Source: a virus
Reading direction: 5' to 3' (one strand)
IMG/VR virus record: IMGVR_UViG_3300042894_002769
Location: 15,226 to 79,225 of that record
Length of the DNA: 64,000 nt
Shown one piece after another: positions 26,929 to 36,346 of the stretch. Numbering within the stretch: the stretch's first letter is position 1; each line of letters begins with the position of its first letter. The notes under the pieces are model-generated. The model searched no databases. It saw only the letters and a program-made list of their open reading frames with translations, and was not told where the DNA came from. The position numbers and the translations under genes are program-made.

Positions 26929-27555
26929 ATGACTCAATCATCCACTGTGACCCCCATAGAATTAAATTTAACAACCATTGCACCATACCTGCACAACGTA
27001 AATGTCGCACTGCGGTCTTTCAACAGTCATTGCGAAGCCACATTAGCTCGCGGTGTCGCTTTAGGTATCGAACTCTTAGCGTTACGCGTGTCTGTTGTGA
27101 CTCAATTTGAAAAAGCAAAATCAACTTCTATCGAATCGCGTGAAGGTCAAATCGCATGGCGAAATTACGCAAAAGAAAACATCCCTATCTCAATAACGCA
27201 TTGCAATCGTTTCATAAACCTTGCACGATATTACATGCAACACGACGCTCTACCTATCCATAGCTCTATAAGCGCAGCATGCGCAGCAATTGGAGCATCG
27301 CCTGAAGTCCTAAAGTCACTTCAAGAACGTGAATCTAATGGCGAAAACATCAGCAGGGATAAAGTAACAAAAGCCATTAACCTTTCACGAAATACGCTTA
27401 ACCTTAAAAAATCAATTCAGGCAGTTAATCAAAACACACTTAAAATCATCGACGGTCACGCACCTAATGAATTATCCAAAGACCAATGGTTAATCTTGCG
27501 TGACGAATTAACAGATATCGCTGACCACATCACTGCGATTATTAAAAAACTATGA
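26929..27555 (+). CDS. DUF3102-like protein
   Basis: LG.ELL..R...W..Y...N..IS...CNRFI.LA. Confidence 0.55.
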   Translation: MTQSSTVTPIELNLTTIAPYLHNVNVALRSFNSHCEATLARGVALGIELLALRVSVVTQFEKAKSTSIESREGQIAWRNYAKENIPISITHCNRFINLARYYMQHDALPIHSSISAACAAIGASPEVLKSLQERESNGENISRDKVTKAINLSRNTLNLKKSIQAVNQNTLKIIDGHAPNELSKDQWLILRDELTDIADHITAIIKKL

Positions 27556-27701
27556 AGAAAATTCGCAAAAGATACAAAACACTACGAATTTACGAATCGG
27601 ATTACCCCAATTTGTTAAAAATTAAAAAATCTCTTAATTTACCTTCGCTATCGGACGCACTGCGATTTGCAATCAGTACCACTATGGAAATGCGGAAATG
27701 A
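27552..27701 (+). CDS. 49-aa ribbon-helix-helix-like DNA-binding protein
   Basis: Manual translation MKKIRKRYKTLRIYESDYPNLLKIKKSLNLPSLSDALRFAI...; coupled to both neighbours by ATGA overlaps. Confidence 0.6.
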   Translation: MKKIRKRYKTLRIYESDYPNLLKIKKSLNLPSLSDALRFAISTTMEMRK

Positions 27702-30277
27702 ATGACCAACTTAACAATTTGCCGCAAGAATTACGACTATTGCCACAATGGTGCTACACGTCACCTGACCGCAATGGTAAATACAAAATTCCAATGGGTA
27801 GAAATAAAACCTATGCTGCGAGCAATGACCCCGATACATGGTTAACCTTTGAAGATGCAGTTAGCCTGTCTGAAGGAAAACCTATTGGCTTTATGCTGTC
27901 AGCTAATGACCCCTATGCTGTGATAGACATTGATACGGGATATGCGTTTTGCGATATTGCAGGACAATTGCAACCCGACTTAGCCTTAATGCGCTATGAG
28001 TTTCATCAGCGATTATTGTCGTATTTGAATACCACGCCTACTTATAGCGAGATTACGCTGTCAGGCTACAATTATCACACTTGGCATCGATTGCTTGATA
28101 TGTCGGAGATATTTGCAGGGATTCGTGTATCGAGAATGCCTATTAAATTGCCTGATGGAACGCACCATACGCTTGATAATGCGGGGATTGAAATTTACTC
28201 TAAGGAGCGATTTATTGTCTGCACGGGTAATTCGATTTCACTAGATACCATTAGCCTTGCGTCTACTGAGTTTTATACGTTTTTGGAAAAAGCGCGTAAA
28301 TTGACGACAAGAGCCGGTGGTAGCAAAGCCAGTGATTCTAAACCGCAAGTGGATACGGATGTGACCGTCCTGTCGAATTTACTGGGCATTGACTTTGATG
28401 AGGATTCTTATGTGAGAGCCATTGATGTTGTGACAGCAATTACCACTGAAGGCAATGCTTTTGAGGAAACCTATCGTGAGTTATTTCGCGGTGATATGAC
28501 GGATTATCCATCGCAAAGTGAAGCTGATTATGCGCTGATAATTGCTATAGCCAAAATATCCCCTAATGACCCGCAGGTATTTAGGTTGTTTCGATTATCT
28601 GCACTGGGTAAACGTCCAAAGGCTATGGACAATGATGTCTATTTGCAACGCTCTGTGAATACGGCTAGAGCTGAGATTAAGCGCGAAGAATCTGAAATGA
28701 ATGAAGTGCGTGACTTTATCAATTCGACGAGAAAAGCCAAGGAGAAAAAACCTCAGCCTCGACTATTGACACAGACTGCGACGAAATCTGCGATATTGGA
28801 TGTACATGGTAAGCCACTAGTGTCTACTAGAGTACGTCAGCATAAGAAAGCCATTATGCCTGATATTTCGGATATTGTGCCTGAAGGAACTGACCTCAAA
28901 TTGGTGGGAACTGAAAATGAACTAGACTATCCGCCTGCCTTAGCAGGTGAGCATAGCAATTGGCTAATGGAACATGCGCCACAACCAATGGCAGAAGCCT
29001 GTATTGTGAACACGTTGTCACTCTTGGCAGGTATTGGCGGAGCGTCGTATAAAATCAACCCCATTAGACCGACGGGTATTAACAGCTATTTTGTTTTGAT
29101 GTCACTGTCTGCGACAGGTAAAGATATTTTGCATTCGGGCATGGGGTATATTAAAAAATCGATGGCAGATGTTGCGCCAGAATTGATAGATTTTATTGAT
29201 AATAATCAATACAAGTCACAAAGTGCCATTATGCAAGCCATTGATGTGCATAAATTTGATAGCTTTTTGCATTTGATTCCTGAATTTTCTAAATTATTGC
29301 ATAGTGCAAATACTGTGTCACACTACGCAGAACTGTTAAACTTTACCTTATCGGCATATACGGCTTCGAGTGACGGTAATGAATTGCAAGGTGTGCGTAA
29401 GTCGGGATTTGCGACAGGTAAAGCTGGTGCAGAACTTAAACCAAGACCTAATGGCTTTGGGTATTCGTTTTGCGGTGAATGTACTGAAAATGATTTTAAC
29501 TCAGCGCTCAATAATGGCATGCTAAGAGATGGCAAATTGTCGCGCTTTATCTGCGTTAGGGGTGATGACTATTTGACCATTGGCAACCCCACAAATCCGC
29601 ATTTACCGCCTAAGTTGAAACATAACTTAGCTAAAGCGATTAAATTTAGTGCTAGTGGTCAAAAAAGAATGATTCACATGACCGATAGGGCGCAGCGACT
29701 TGACCAAGCATATTATGTGCTGATGTCAGATACGCTTAACCAGCATCGCTCGGTTGATGATGACCCTATGCGCGTTGTTTATAACCGCGCTAGGCTTAAA
29801 GTGTGGCGTGTTGCAGGTAGCCTAGCTATGCTTGAGAATCCTGATGCGCCTATTATCACAGAAGAACAATATTTGTGGGCAATGGGTCTTGTGAATCGTG
29901 ATGTGTCAATAATGTCATACAAAATTATTAATCGCATAGTCGGTGATGGCGCGGATGACCATGACAGAATGGATAAGGTTAAGAGCCTAATTGATGATTT
30001 TACGGTTTATGGTTACACGCACAAAGAACACGACGTGCTGTATGGCAATGCGCTTGAGAAACATGGCGTAGTGGCACGCAGGGCATTGCGTGAAAGTGTC
30101 AAATATTTGCCGATATTTAAAAACCCGCGCACGGGGAAATCGGATGTAGCTTTGATTGATAGTGCAATTAAAAATCTTGTTTCAGAAGGCGTGATTAAAT
30201 ATTACGACGCTAAGGCAAGTAATGCTAATTTCGGTATTCGTACCGAGTGTTATTCACTGCAAGGAAAAGTAAAATGA
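27698..30277 (+). CDS. NrS-1-like primase-polymerase fused to DUF3987-like helicase
   Basis: LP.ELR..PQW, DP.TW.TF, IDID, SE.TLSG...H, EIYS..RF; SQSEAD..L middle domain; SATGKD; DG.LSRF. Confidence 0.85.
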   Translation: MNDQLNNLPQELRLLPQWCYTSPDRNGKYKIPMGRNKTYAASNDPDTWLTFEDAVSLSEGKPIGFMLSANDPYAVIDIDTGYAFCDIAGQLQPDLALMRYEFHQRLLSYLNTTPTYSEITLSGYNYHTWHRLLDMSEIFAGIRVSRMPIKLPDGTHHTLDNAGIEIYSKERFIVCTGNSISLDTISLASTEFYTFLEKARKLTTRAGGSKASDSKPQVDTDVTVLSNLLGIDFDEDSYVRAIDVVTAITTEGNAFEETYRELFRGDMTDYPSQSEADYALIIAIAKISPNDPQVFRLFRLSALGKRPKAMDNDVYLQRSVNTARAEIKREESEMNEVRDFINSTRKAKEKKPQPRLLTQTATKSAILDVHGKPLVSTRVRQHKKAIMPDISDIVPEGTDLKLVGTENELDYPPALAGEHSNWLMEHAPQPMAEACIVNTLSLLAGIGGASYKINPIRPTGINSYFVLMSLSATGKDILHSGMGYIKKSMADVAPELIDFIDNNQYKSQSAIMQAIDVHKFDSFLHLIPEFSKLLHSANTVSHYAELLNFTLSAYTASSDGNELQGVRKSGFATGKAGAELKPRPNGFGYSFCGECTENDFNSALNNGMLRDGKLSRFICVRGDDYLTIGNPTNPHLPPKLKHNLAKAIKFSASGQKRMIHMTDRAQRLDQAYYVLMSDTLNQHRSVDDDPMRVVYNRARLKVWRVAGSLAMLENPDAPIITEEQYLWAMGLVNRDVSIMSYKIINRIVGDGADDHDRMDKVKSLIDDFTVYGYTHKEHDVLYGNALEKHGVVARRALRESVKYLPIFKNPRTGKSDVALIDSAIKNLVSEGVIKYYDAKASNANFGIRTECYSLQGKVK

Positions 30278-30528
30278 GTTTACTAACTGAACAACAACTT
30301 GAGGACATTATGTCAAATGTCCATGTTTGCGATGAAGATTGGTTTGAAAGTTTACTTAGAAAATGGAACGACAGGCAATCTGACTTCCCAGAACCAAAAT
30401 GGCAAACAGCACCTAAAAATGCAGTAGTTGCTCAGATAAGAGAATACTGGCTTGATGAAAATGACAATGTTATTGAATTCAATGTACTTAAACAAAGAGT
30501 AATCACAAAGGTGGAAGATGGACAATAA
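30274..30528 (+). CDS. Hypothetical protein
   Basis: Coupled start MSLLTEQQ. Confidence 0.6.
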   Translation: MSLLTEQQLEDIMSNVHVCDEDWFESLLRKWNDRQSDFPEPKWQTAPKNAVVAQIREYWLDENDNVIEFNVLKQRVITKVEDGQ

Positions 30529-30799
30529 AGATAAAACATTCCTGTTAGAACGTCGTGCAGCGTTGCTAAAACAGCAATTCGATATGATGGAGCAGGTTCA
30601 AGAAATTGATAGGTTATTAGAAGCAAATAATGCAAAGCCTAAGTGGAATCCTGAAGGCGGAGATTGGTGGATTACCGGTAATAGTGACATCGTGCCTGCA
30701 ACAGTGGCGACGCTGTTTGGTGCAAGACGACCAACTGAGCAACAAGCAGAACGCGCATATCAATTGAGATGCGTAGATTTAATCGTTTGCTTGCACTAA
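30518..30799 (+). CDS. Hypothetical protein, possibly frameshifted near the C-terminus
   Basis: KW.PEGGDWWI...FG..R.TEQQAE.A; alternative frame continues IEMRRFNRLLALRDELCG. Confidence 0.55.
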   Translation: MDNKDKTFLLERRAALLKQQFDMMEQVQEIDRLLEANNAKPKWNPEGGDWWITGNSDIVPATVATLFGARRPTEQQAERAYQLRCVDLIVCLH

Positions 30800-30817
30800 G
30801 GGACGAGCTTTGCGGCT

Positions 30818-31102
30818 ATGAAATCAATTTTAATAATTTTTTTAATGTGCATGTCCAGCGTGACATTTGCACACGGTTCAAGTCACCAAACCAAATGGGA
30901 ATATCACATTGATGATTTAGGCACGCCTTATATGCAATGCGGAAGACTGATGTATTCTGAATTATCTACATTGTTCGTCACTGTCGGTAATTTGCAGTAT
31001 CGACTGCTACCAGAAATAATTGGTCGTGAAACAATGGCAGGTGCGGTTAAAGAAAAAGGTCAACGATGCTACGGGCATGGTTTTTATAATTCTTGGAGAT
31101 AA
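30818..31102 (+). CDS. Hypothetical exported protein
   Basis: N-terminal signal peptide MKSILIIFLMCMSSVTFA. Confidence 0.55.
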   Translation: MKSILIIFLMCMSSVTFAHGSSHQTKWEYHIDDLGTPYMQCGRLMYSELSTLFVTVGNLQYRLLPEIIGRETMAGAVKEKGQRCYGHGFYNSWR

Positions 31103-31452
31103 TGATGGCAGTATTAAGTGAAAAACAAATTGAAGAACTCGTCGCTCTATTTGATGTATGGTGGAATGGTGAGCAGTCGTATCGTGATTATTTAACTGAG
31201 TGGAACGATAAGCAACCTACTCAGCAGCATGCGTCAAGTGATAAGCCACCTAACTCATCAATTGGCGTTTCTGAAATAACCTTGCGTGACTATTTTGCAG
31301 TGGAAGCAAGTGATGTCGATGTTGACAAATTTATGCCTAAAACTGTTGGCGATTGGGACAAAATGCACAAAGAAGACGGTGAAGCACGAACTCGACAACG
31401 TGCGAGATACCTCCATGCTGATGCAATGCTTAAAGCAAGGGGTCGAGTATGA
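31093..31452 (+). CDS. TLRDYFA-motif phage protein
   Basis: TLRDYFA...ARY.HADAML.AR. Confidence 0.7.
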   Translation: MEIMMAVLSEKQIEELVALFDVWWNGEQSYRDYLTEWNDKQPTQQHASSDKPPNSSIGVSEITLRDYFAVEASDVDVDKFMPKTVGDWDKMHKEDGEARTRQRARYLHADAMLKARGRV

Positions 31453-31706
31453 GTAAAATTAAAACTGGCGGTGCAGCATTTCCAAGTGGTGAGTCGTACA
31501 GTGTTAATGGTGCGATAAATCAAAAAGCGCCATTACACCAAGGCATGACCTTGCGCGATTATTTTGCAGCAAAAGCCATGCAAGCTGAAATAAATGAATA
31601 CTCAGGCATACCGACGACAAAACAAGAATATTTGTTTGAAATTGCGGTAAACGCTTATGCTATGGCTGATGCAATGCTTAAAATGAGGGATGTGGAAATT
31701 GAGTAA
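31449..31706 (+). CDS. TLRDYFA-motif phage protein (Gp38-like)
   Basis: TGG.AFP...GMTLRDYFAAKAM...AY.MADAML..R. Confidence 0.75.
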   Translation: MSKIKTGGAAFPSGESYSVNGAINQKAPLHQGMTLRDYFAAKAMQAEINEYSGIPTTKQEYLFEIAVNAYAMADAMLKMRDVEIE

Positions 31707-31716
31707 GGTGACGATT

Positions 31717-32226
31717 ATGCCAAATAATAACGATTTCAGAACCTATTTGCCGTCAGAAATTGAGTTTCGACAAAACTTTGCGGCTGAGTATGTCAAAGAT
31801 AATGACGCGGTAAATGCACTTATGCGCTGTGGAATGGTCGCAGTTTATGCCATGCAACACGCAGCGGAAATTATGGAAGAACCGTATGTTCAAGAATTAA
31901 TCAGCAGAGAAAGTTTTAAATTTCAAGAACTTGATGCTACCAAAGAATTAAAAGAAGAATCCATTATGGAACTTCGACGAATTATTAGTAGTAAGACAGC
32001 AAAAGATAATGATAAAATATCTGCGATTTCAAAGTTAAGTTCTATTTACGGTTGGGAATCAAACGGTAACTCAGAGTTACCATCGGGCGTGATGATAGTG
32101 CCAGCAATGACTGATATTGATAGTTGGTCAACAATGGCAGTAGCGTCACAAGACATGTTACGCGAGAAAATGTATGACATGGCTAAACAAATTGAGTTAA
32201 AGGAACAGGAAGATGTCGCAAAATGA
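31717..32226 (+). CDS. terS: Terminase small subunit
   Basis: F..EYVKD.DA..A..R.G...A..IM.EPYVQ HTH pattern; KISAISKL..I.G; GVMIVP tail. Confidence 0.72.
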   Translation: MPNNNDFRTYLPSEIEFRQNFAAEYVKDNDAVNALMRCGMVAVYAMQHAAEIMEEPYVQELISRESFKFQELDATKELKEESIMELRRIISSKTAKDNDKISAISKLSSIYGWESNGNSELPSGVMIVPAMTDIDSWSTMAVASQDMLREKMYDMAKQIELKEQEDVAK

Positions 32227-32584
32227 TGTTGTCTTACCTTTATCGAAAAAGCACATCGAAGTAATCAAATTTAAGCTCGCGTTGCAATACGCAGCTGACA
32301 AAGAATACACATGTTTGAAAAATGTTAATGCGCTAGTCAACATGGACTATGTGTTTTTTACTGTTAAGATGATAAATAATCACATTGAAAAAGCAATCAT
32401 GCAAGGACATGACACGGTTTGTATTGAATGTGGGCATATTCATTTTGATGGTATTCGCAAAGTTGAATGGGATATGGTCATGATGCTTTTTGAAGAAGCT
32501 GATGCTTTTAAGATACGTTCACAAGAGTTTCAAATTACGCCAAATTTACCATCACGAAGAATCACAATTTACTGGGAGAAGTAA
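32213..32584 (+). CDS. Hypothetical protein
   Basis: Coupled ORF. Confidence 0.6.
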   Translation: MSQNDVVLPLSKKHIEVIKFKLALQYAADKEYTCLKNVNALVNMDYVFFTVKMINNHIEKAIMQGHDTVCIECGHIHFDGIRKVEWDMVMMLFEEADAFKIRSQEFQITPNLPSRRITIYWEK

Positions 32585-32585
32585 G

Positions 32586-33542
32586 ATGTCAAAAGAATAT
32601 TTAATTAACAAAATAGTCTATCACGACTATGCTGAGGGGTTTCAAGAGTTAATTGATATTGAAAAACTATTATCAAAATTTCCAACAGATGCTGTCATTG
32701 CTTTAGCAATCGATACATGCACTGATGTTGAAGCAATAGCCAGACACGGTAAACCGTCTGATAATGCAGCATTAGTGCGTAAATTATTGCTTTTAGTTGC
32801 GCTGGATTCTGAAGTACCGCCTATGATGGATAATAAAGCCATTGCCAATAAGATTGTTCATATTATGCGTAAATCTTTTATAGATAAATCATCAGCACTT
32901 GATTTACGCGATGCTATTTGCAATGCAATAACTGAGTATTTTCCAAGAAATACCACATCACTATTTCCTGACACTTTAAATGGACTTTATGAAAAATATC
33001 TTGTAGAAAATAAAAAAAGTATGCTTTTCACTGCTGGCGATTATGTTATCGATAAGAAAACTAAAGTCACCTATTTCATCACTACTTGTGAATATATAAA
33101 AGTTACAAAATGCGTGCAGCATACACTTTCAATTGTGCGCAATGGTATAACTACAACAATTGGTGTGTACGACAATGATATTTATGACAAATTTGAATTA
33201 ATTGAAACCAAACCTCAGCGTAATCAAATTTATCAATTAAGACTTGGTGATTTAAAAGTTAGAGTTTTAAAAGTTACCAATCAAACTGTTTATTATGAAA
33301 ACTTATATAACGTATCTTTACTTAGTCAGTGTGAACTAGAAAAGTTTATTCAAATATATAAACAAGTGAAAGTATTTGCAGGCGAAAAATGGATGGTCGA
33401 TGGTGTAGTACAGGGTAATATTGTTTTAGTAAACACTAATGCCGACCATGTGACAAATGTTGTTATAAAGCAAAACAACGCTTCGTCAACTATTAGAATA
33501 TTGCTTTCGTCATTCGTAAATTATCAACCAACCGAGGAATAA
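32586..33542 (+). CDS. Hypothetical protein with several SH3/KOW-like C-terminal modules
   Basis: F.AGD.V, PQRNQIY and F.GEKW segments; start MSKEY. Confidence 0.6.
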   Translation: MSKEYLINKIVYHDYAEGFQELIDIEKLLSKFPTDAVIALAIDTCTDVEAIARHGKPSDNAALVRKLLLLVALDSEVPPMMDNKAIANKIVHIMRKSFIDKSSALDLRDAICNAITEYFPRNTTSLFPDTLNGLYEKYLVENKKSMLFTAGDYVIDKKTKVTYFITTCEYIKVTKCVQHTLSIVRNGITTTIGVYDNDIYDKFELIETKPQRNQIYQLRLGDLKVRVLKVTNQTVYYENLYNVSLLSQCELEKFIQIYKQVKVFAGEKWMVDGVVQGNIVLVNTNADHVTNVVIKQNNASSTIRILLSSFVNYQPTEE

Positions 33543-33543
33543 A

Positions 33544-33804
33544 ATGTCAAATTTAATTAATTTAGTTATGCTTTGTATCGTAGCATTCGCTATGTCTTTG
33601 CACTATCCATCAGAAGCACTTTTTGTCGAACAATTTGTTATTTTGGTGCAAGGTTTTACCTATATTGTTGTATTAAGATTTATTCAAAGTGAATCGGTAA
33701 AATTAGCATTTAGCTTTTTGTCATTTCAGTTACTGCATATCGGTACAGCATTTGCGTTAGGCTTAGGATATGTTTTAATCACAAGTCCTATGACATTAGG
33801 TTAA
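33544..33804 (+). CDS. Small membrane protein
   Basis: Three hydrophobic segments; GAGG RBS. Confidence 0.6.
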   Translation: MSNLINLVMLCIVAFAMSLHYPSEALFVEQFVILVQGFTYIVVLRFIQSESVKLAFSFLSFQLLHIGTAFALGLGYVLITSPMTLG

Positions 33805-33806
33805 AA

Positions 33807-34058
33807 ATGAATATCACGCATATATACCAAAGTTTAACACCTTATTTGCGTGATAGATTTTGCAGTGAAGTTTTTACGCTTGGTTTGGTACACGAGTTAA
33901 ATCAAGCCAAGTATGAAGCGCATTGCAGAAGGCTTATCAAGCAACACAACGGGTCATCGCGTACACTTTATAAAGCGATGATGAATCTTGATTTAGAGCA
34001 AAGAAAACGCTTTTTTGATGTGATTAGTGGAGTATTGGAACATGAGCTTACCAATTAA
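33807..34058 (+). CDS. Hypothetical protein
   Basis: Coupled ORF. Confidence 0.6.
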   Translation: MNITHIYQSLTPYLRDRFCSEVFTLGLVHELNQAKYEAHCRRLIKQHNGSSRTLYKAMMNLDLEQRKRFFDVISGVLEHELTN

Positions 34059-34680
34059 CGGATTATTGCCGACGGAAGAAGAAACAGCGATACCAGTTTA
34101 TGTGCAAATTGAATCTATTGTAAATGACCCTTACGCAATTTTGCGTGACTATTTTAAATATTCACCCGAAACAGGTGTTATTTCTCGCACACAGTGTTAT
34201 CAATCGCGCTTTATTGGTAAACCAACGCTGATAAAAAGCCAAGCAGGTGACAACTTTCAAGTTTACATAATGCTTGGTAAAAAACGAAAAGTATTTGCTG
34301 CGTGGAAGGTAGCAACATATTTGATGACTGGGATATTTCCAAATAAAAATTACGTCGTGCATTTTATGGATGGCGATAAAAGTAATCTTTGCGCACAAAA
34401 TCTATCAGTCATACCAAAAACATTTGCGACGCATTTAAATAACAATTTAATGGGTGAGAATCTATCGGTAAAACAAAATGGTAAACGGTTTGTGGTTGCC
34501 ATAAAAAGAAATTCTGACCATCGATACCTAGGTACTTATGATTCTGAAAAAGAAGCACGGGTTGTGTATATGCGCGAGAAATTGCGCCTACGCAATGAAA
34601 TTTTAGAAATTGTAAAGTTATCAAGACTTAATGTTGTTTCCATCACCAAGAGGTTATATCAACCATGTGCGATACAGTAG
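34027..34680 (+). CDS. HNH-AP2 homing endonuclease-like protein (divergent)
   Basis: F.YSPETG; VVHFMDGDKSN...NL; AP2-like RYLGTYDSE.EA..VY. Confidence 0.7.
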   Translation: MEYWNMSLPINGLLPTEEETAIPVYVQIESIVNDPYAILRDYFKYSPETGVISRTQCYQSRFIGKPTLIKSQAGDNFQVYIMLGKKRKVFAAWKVATYLMTGIFPNKNYVVHFMDGDKSNLCAQNLSVIPKTFATHLNNNLMGENLSVKQNGKRFVVAIKRNSDHRYLGTYDSEKEARVVYMREKLRLRNEILEIVKLSRLNVVSITKRLYQPCAIQ

Positions 34681-34970
34681 CTAGAATTGTTGTTGTTGTT
34701 TTACCTGATGATATTGATTTTTCAATTTATGTTTCGATGACACTTACTGGAAGTCTTATTCCAGCTACATTTCACGATGATATTGACGACAATCGTGAAA
34801 TTGATGTGACCGATATTAAATTTGAAGAAGGTTATAGCGAGTATGACACTTGCGATTTTAAAGAAAAGGTCTATAATTACGTTAACTATCACTTGCCAAG
34901 AATTTTTAATGAAGTGCAACGTGATAGTGATTTGATTTTTCTACCACACAGATTAAAGGTCACAACATGA
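34665..34970 (+). CDS. Hypothetical acidic protein
   Basis: Coupled ORF. Confidence 0.55.
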   Translation: MCDTVARIVVVVLPDDIDFSIYVSMTLTGSLIPATFHDDIDDNREIDVTDIKFEEGYSEYDTCDFKEKVYNYVNYHLPRIFNEVQRDSDLIFLPHRLKVTT

Positions 34971-35164
34971 AGTTTGATAAAAACAGTTTGATTATGGGAA
35001 TCATTCTAGGTATTTTGCTGAGTGTATTTTCCGTTTGGCTATTGCCATTTTATATGGTTCACGACGCTGATATTGGCGGCTTTGTGTTCCGCGATAACAA
35101 AGTCTATGAGCTAACTGAAATGCTCAACGAACCGCCACAACAGACACAACAACGGGTAAAATAA
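34967..35164 (+). CDS. Small membrane-anchored protein
   Basis: N-terminal TM segment. Confidence 0.55.
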   Translation: MKFDKNSLIMGIILGILLSVFSVWLLPFYMVHDADIGGFVFRDNKVYELTEMLNEPPQQTQQRVK

Positions 35165-35358
35165 TGATTAATGAATATTTAAAATTTATACTATTCACAG
35201 TAGTTTTAGCTGCGTTTAATGTAAAGATTCTTGACATGTCGCTTAAAGAATCTATTGATTTATCAATGCTTTCAATTGCAGTTGTATCAGTGATTGAGCT
35301 GAAATTCCATGTCAAGCGCATTTTGAAACAATTGCGCGAACTTGATATTCTTGATTAA
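35164..35358 (+). CDS. Small membrane protein
   Basis: Two hydrophobic segments. Confidence 0.5.
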   Translation: MINEYLKFILFTVVLAAFNVKILDMSLKESIDLSMLSIAVVSVIELKFHVKRILKQLRELDILD

Positions 35359-35458
35359 CACCACAAAAGGTAAAACCATGCGATTAAATAAAACAATGCA
35401 AGAAGTCTTCCTGTTGCAACTAACATTATCACAGACTTAAAACAATTGGGGTGGAAAA

Positions 35459-35797
35459 ATGGCAAATAAAATATTATTAAATGTCGGCTATAACCGATAC
35501 ATCAAACTGCCAGAAGTTGCGACAGCTGAGTTTATTGTTGCGTTGCTCGGTGTGAAATCGTATTACGAAAAAAGTTACCAAACTGGTAAATTTACAGCGT
35601 TTAAATGTGATGGAGCTAGTGACATAGCTGAAATAATCTCAGTTGATGAAAACGAACTGCCTGATACAAATCCTCAAATAGTCGAAATGAATGACATTAT
35701 GGCTGAAAACAATCGTTTGACGCGAGAAAATGAAATGCTCTTGAACAAACTAAAAGAATTATCACCATCTGAAGAAACTGCTGTGGTAGTGCTATGA
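35459..35797 (+). CDS. Hypothetical protein
   Basis: ORF with C-terminal coiled coil. Confidence 0.6.
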   Translation: MANKILLNVGYNRYIKLPEVATAEFIVALLGVKSYYEKSYQTGKFTAFKCDGASDIAEIISVDENELPDTNPQIVEMNDIMAENNRLTRENEMLLNKLKELSPSEETAVVVL

Positions 35798-36165
35798 CTC
35801 TTGAAAAGTTGATTATCATTTTGAAGTCACATGAGTTTCAAAATAGTAAGAATATATCCATCATTCATGACTTTTTTGAAAAATTCACGGCTTTAACTAT
35901 TAATCCCGAAGACGATTGGACTAACACTCACTTAATTCGTATCGGTAGTGAAATGGCTGATGCTATTGTTCAAACAGGCGTGCAATGTGAAGTGAAAATC
36001 CCAAGTAGTCACACAATTCAAGGTTTATACTTTGGATTATTGATGAGCTATGACGAGCCTTGGTTACAGTTTTCTGAAGTTGGGCAAGATGGTAAATTAG
36101 TTCGGTGTGTCGCACCATTGTTTTTTAATGGTGAACACAAATATGTTTGGCATGGCTTGACTTAA
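35794..36165 (+). CDS. Hypothetical protein
   Basis: Coupled ORF. Confidence 0.6.
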   Translation: MTLEKLIIILKSHEFQNSKNISIIHDFFEKFTALTINPEDDWTNTHLIRIGSEMADAIVQTGVQCEVKIPSSHTIQGLYFGLLMSYDEPWLQFSEVGQDGKLVRCVAPLFFNGEHKYVWHGLT

Positions 36166-36229
36166 AGCATATTATGATTTAGTATGACACATCGCTTAGT
36201 TGTTGAATCACTAAGCGATGTTTTTTTTT
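36157..36229 (+). promoter_or_regulatory. Sigma70 promoter immediately followed by a terminator-like hairpin
   Basis: TTGACT-17nt-TAGTAT; stem ACATCGCTTAGT/ACTAAGCGATGT plus T-run. Confidence 0.55.
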
Positions 36230-36346
36230 CACCAAGGAGAAATTTTATGTTTTCAATTTTAGGTATATCTGTGCTTTGCTTTTTTGTTGTTGTTTTTTTG
36301 TGGCTATAGGAAATTGTAATGAATAAATTAACTAACGGGCAATAAA

